From: Octopus vulgaris
Lineage: Eukaryota
Assembly: GCA_951406725.2 (NCBI GenBank)
Contig: OX597839.1
Coordinates: 16,244,001-16,308,000, forward strand
DNA: 64,000 nt
Reading direction: 5' to 3'
In this document: positions 62,730-64,000 of the stretch, piece by piece
How positions within the stretch are numbered: position 1 is the stretch's first letter
Layout: each line of letters starts with the position of its first letter
Program-made: the position numbers and the translations under genes
Notes under the pieces: model-generated
Seen by the model: the letters and a program-made list of their open reading frames with translations, nothing else
What the model was told of the DNA's origin: nothing
Databases searched by the model: none

Positions 62730-64000
62730 GTGACTAAGATGTTGCTGTTTTTTGTCTGAAAGCCTTTCAATGTTTGGTGTAGCATTGAGGTTCACAGTTT
62801 AAGCTGATGTTCTAGATGGACATCCGTAATCTGCGACCTTAAGGGATTTTGTTTAAGTACGAAAATGTAAATTCGCAGCAATGTCGTAGAGAAGCAGCAC
62901 AGCATTTTTCGTGCATGCCGACCAGGTCTTGGATATTCTATTGCAGTTTCCCATACTTCAACTGGATCTATTTTTAGGGTTAAATAATGATTTTAACATG
63001 TCATCTTCTGAGAGCGCGATTAATTCCATCTGCAACTTTTAAGGAACCCTGCAGGCATCAACTGGGAAGCACTCCGTCGGTTACGACGACGAGGGTTCCG
63101 GTTGATCCGATCAACGGAACAGCCTGCTCGTGAAATTAACGGGTAAGTGGCTGAGCACTCCACAAACACGTGTACCCTTAACGTAGTTCTCGGGGATATT
63201 CAGCGTGACACAGAGAGTGACAAGGCCGGCCCTTTGAAGTAAGAGTGAGAGAAAGTTGCGGTGAAAGAGTACAGCAGGGATCACCATCACCCCTGCCGGA
63301 GCCTTGTGGAACTTTAGGTGTTTTCGCTCAATAAACACTCACAACGCCCGGTCTGGGAATCGAAACCGCGATCCTACGACCGCGAGTCCGCTGCCCTAAC
63401 CACTGGGCCATTGCGCCTCCTTGGCATCAACTAGATGTGGTTGAAACGTTAGTTTGAATGTAATATCCATGTTTCTCAAAGTCGGCGAACCTTTCATTGT
63501 ATTCTTCAATTAATAAATCCAGAACACGTGCATATTCATCAACGGATTCATATAATTTTTCATGTTATGAACGACCTTAACTAAATGGGGAAAGTGTACA
63601 CCTGAAATTTCATTTTGAACATCTTTCAAAACAGATAACTTTTTTTTCCGAAACGCTTGAATTTTTTTTGCCACATGTCATAAACTGATTTTGTTTTACC
63701 TCGCAAATAAATAAGTCATTTTACTTTGAGATGATATCACAAAGAAATGCAGTATTCCTGTAGAAATCTTCAGCTAATAATTCATACTGTCCATTCCGTT
63801 CTTCATAAAATTTTATTACCTGCTCGCGTAAAGTTAAAACTTTTTCCAACACTTGTCCTTGCGGGAGCCAAAGCACTTTAGATTCATACGGCAAATCCAC
63901 AGTGAATACCTCATCGTTCAATCACAACATATTACGAAACTATCGATGTCTTGTTGCATTGGTACGAATATAATTAACAATATTGGTGACTTTTTGCAGA
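62730..64000 (-). mobile_element. Degraded hAT transposase (Buster/SPIN, GTF2IRD2-like) remnant
   Basis: ORF 63721-63921 KVLWLPQGQVLEKVLTLREQV resembles the VRWLSRGKVL motif; RSQITDVHLEHQLKL near 62795-62840. Confidence 0.7.
63064..63422 (-). mobile_element. Young full-length tRNA-derived SINE family 2 with a 10-bp TSD (GGCATCAACT), inserted in the hAT remnant
   Basis: Head GGAGGCGCAATGGCCCAGTGGTTAGGGC...GGTTTCGATTCCC; TSD at 63054-63063 and 63423-63432. Confidence 0.88.

Noticed and set aside
63330-63420. tRNA-like sequence with A and B boxes (also 44695-44770)
   Set aside because: It is the head of a SINE, continuing into a SINE body and flanked by a TSD; not a tRNA gene

Overview
AT-rich eukaryotic DNA, very probably an octopus or other coleoid genome, judged from the (TA)n microsatellites, the high-copy tRNA-derived SINE families and RTE LINEs with (GAT)n tails. 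Most ORFs in the track are microsatellite or transposon artefacts. Splicing by hand gives two tandem paralogous + strand genes. Gene A (5' UTR exon ending at 7250; coding exons 8877-27782) encodes an ankyrin-repeat protein with a Mind-bomb-like ankyrin C-cap followed by a death domain. Gene B (5' UTR exon ending at 45866; coding exons 49480 to beyond 60955, continuing past the window) has a matching exon and phase pattern. Gene B's ankyrin-array exon holds 16 repeats against 5 in gene A and includes a recent 99/198-bp tandem amplification. One intronic block shared by the paralogs is far better conserved than the exon next to it. Together this suggests a fast-diversifying ankyrin-death-domain sensor/adaptor family. 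Other contents: a recent duplication (1-4472 = 36076-40874) with a visible junction, Penelope-like remnants carrying minimal hammerhead-ribozyme-like motifs, a LINE/SINE pair sharing a 3' stem-loop, Merlin-like MITEs, Tc1/mariner, hAT and Helitron remnants, and several long palindromes. Everything was read by eye; no database search or alignment program was run.
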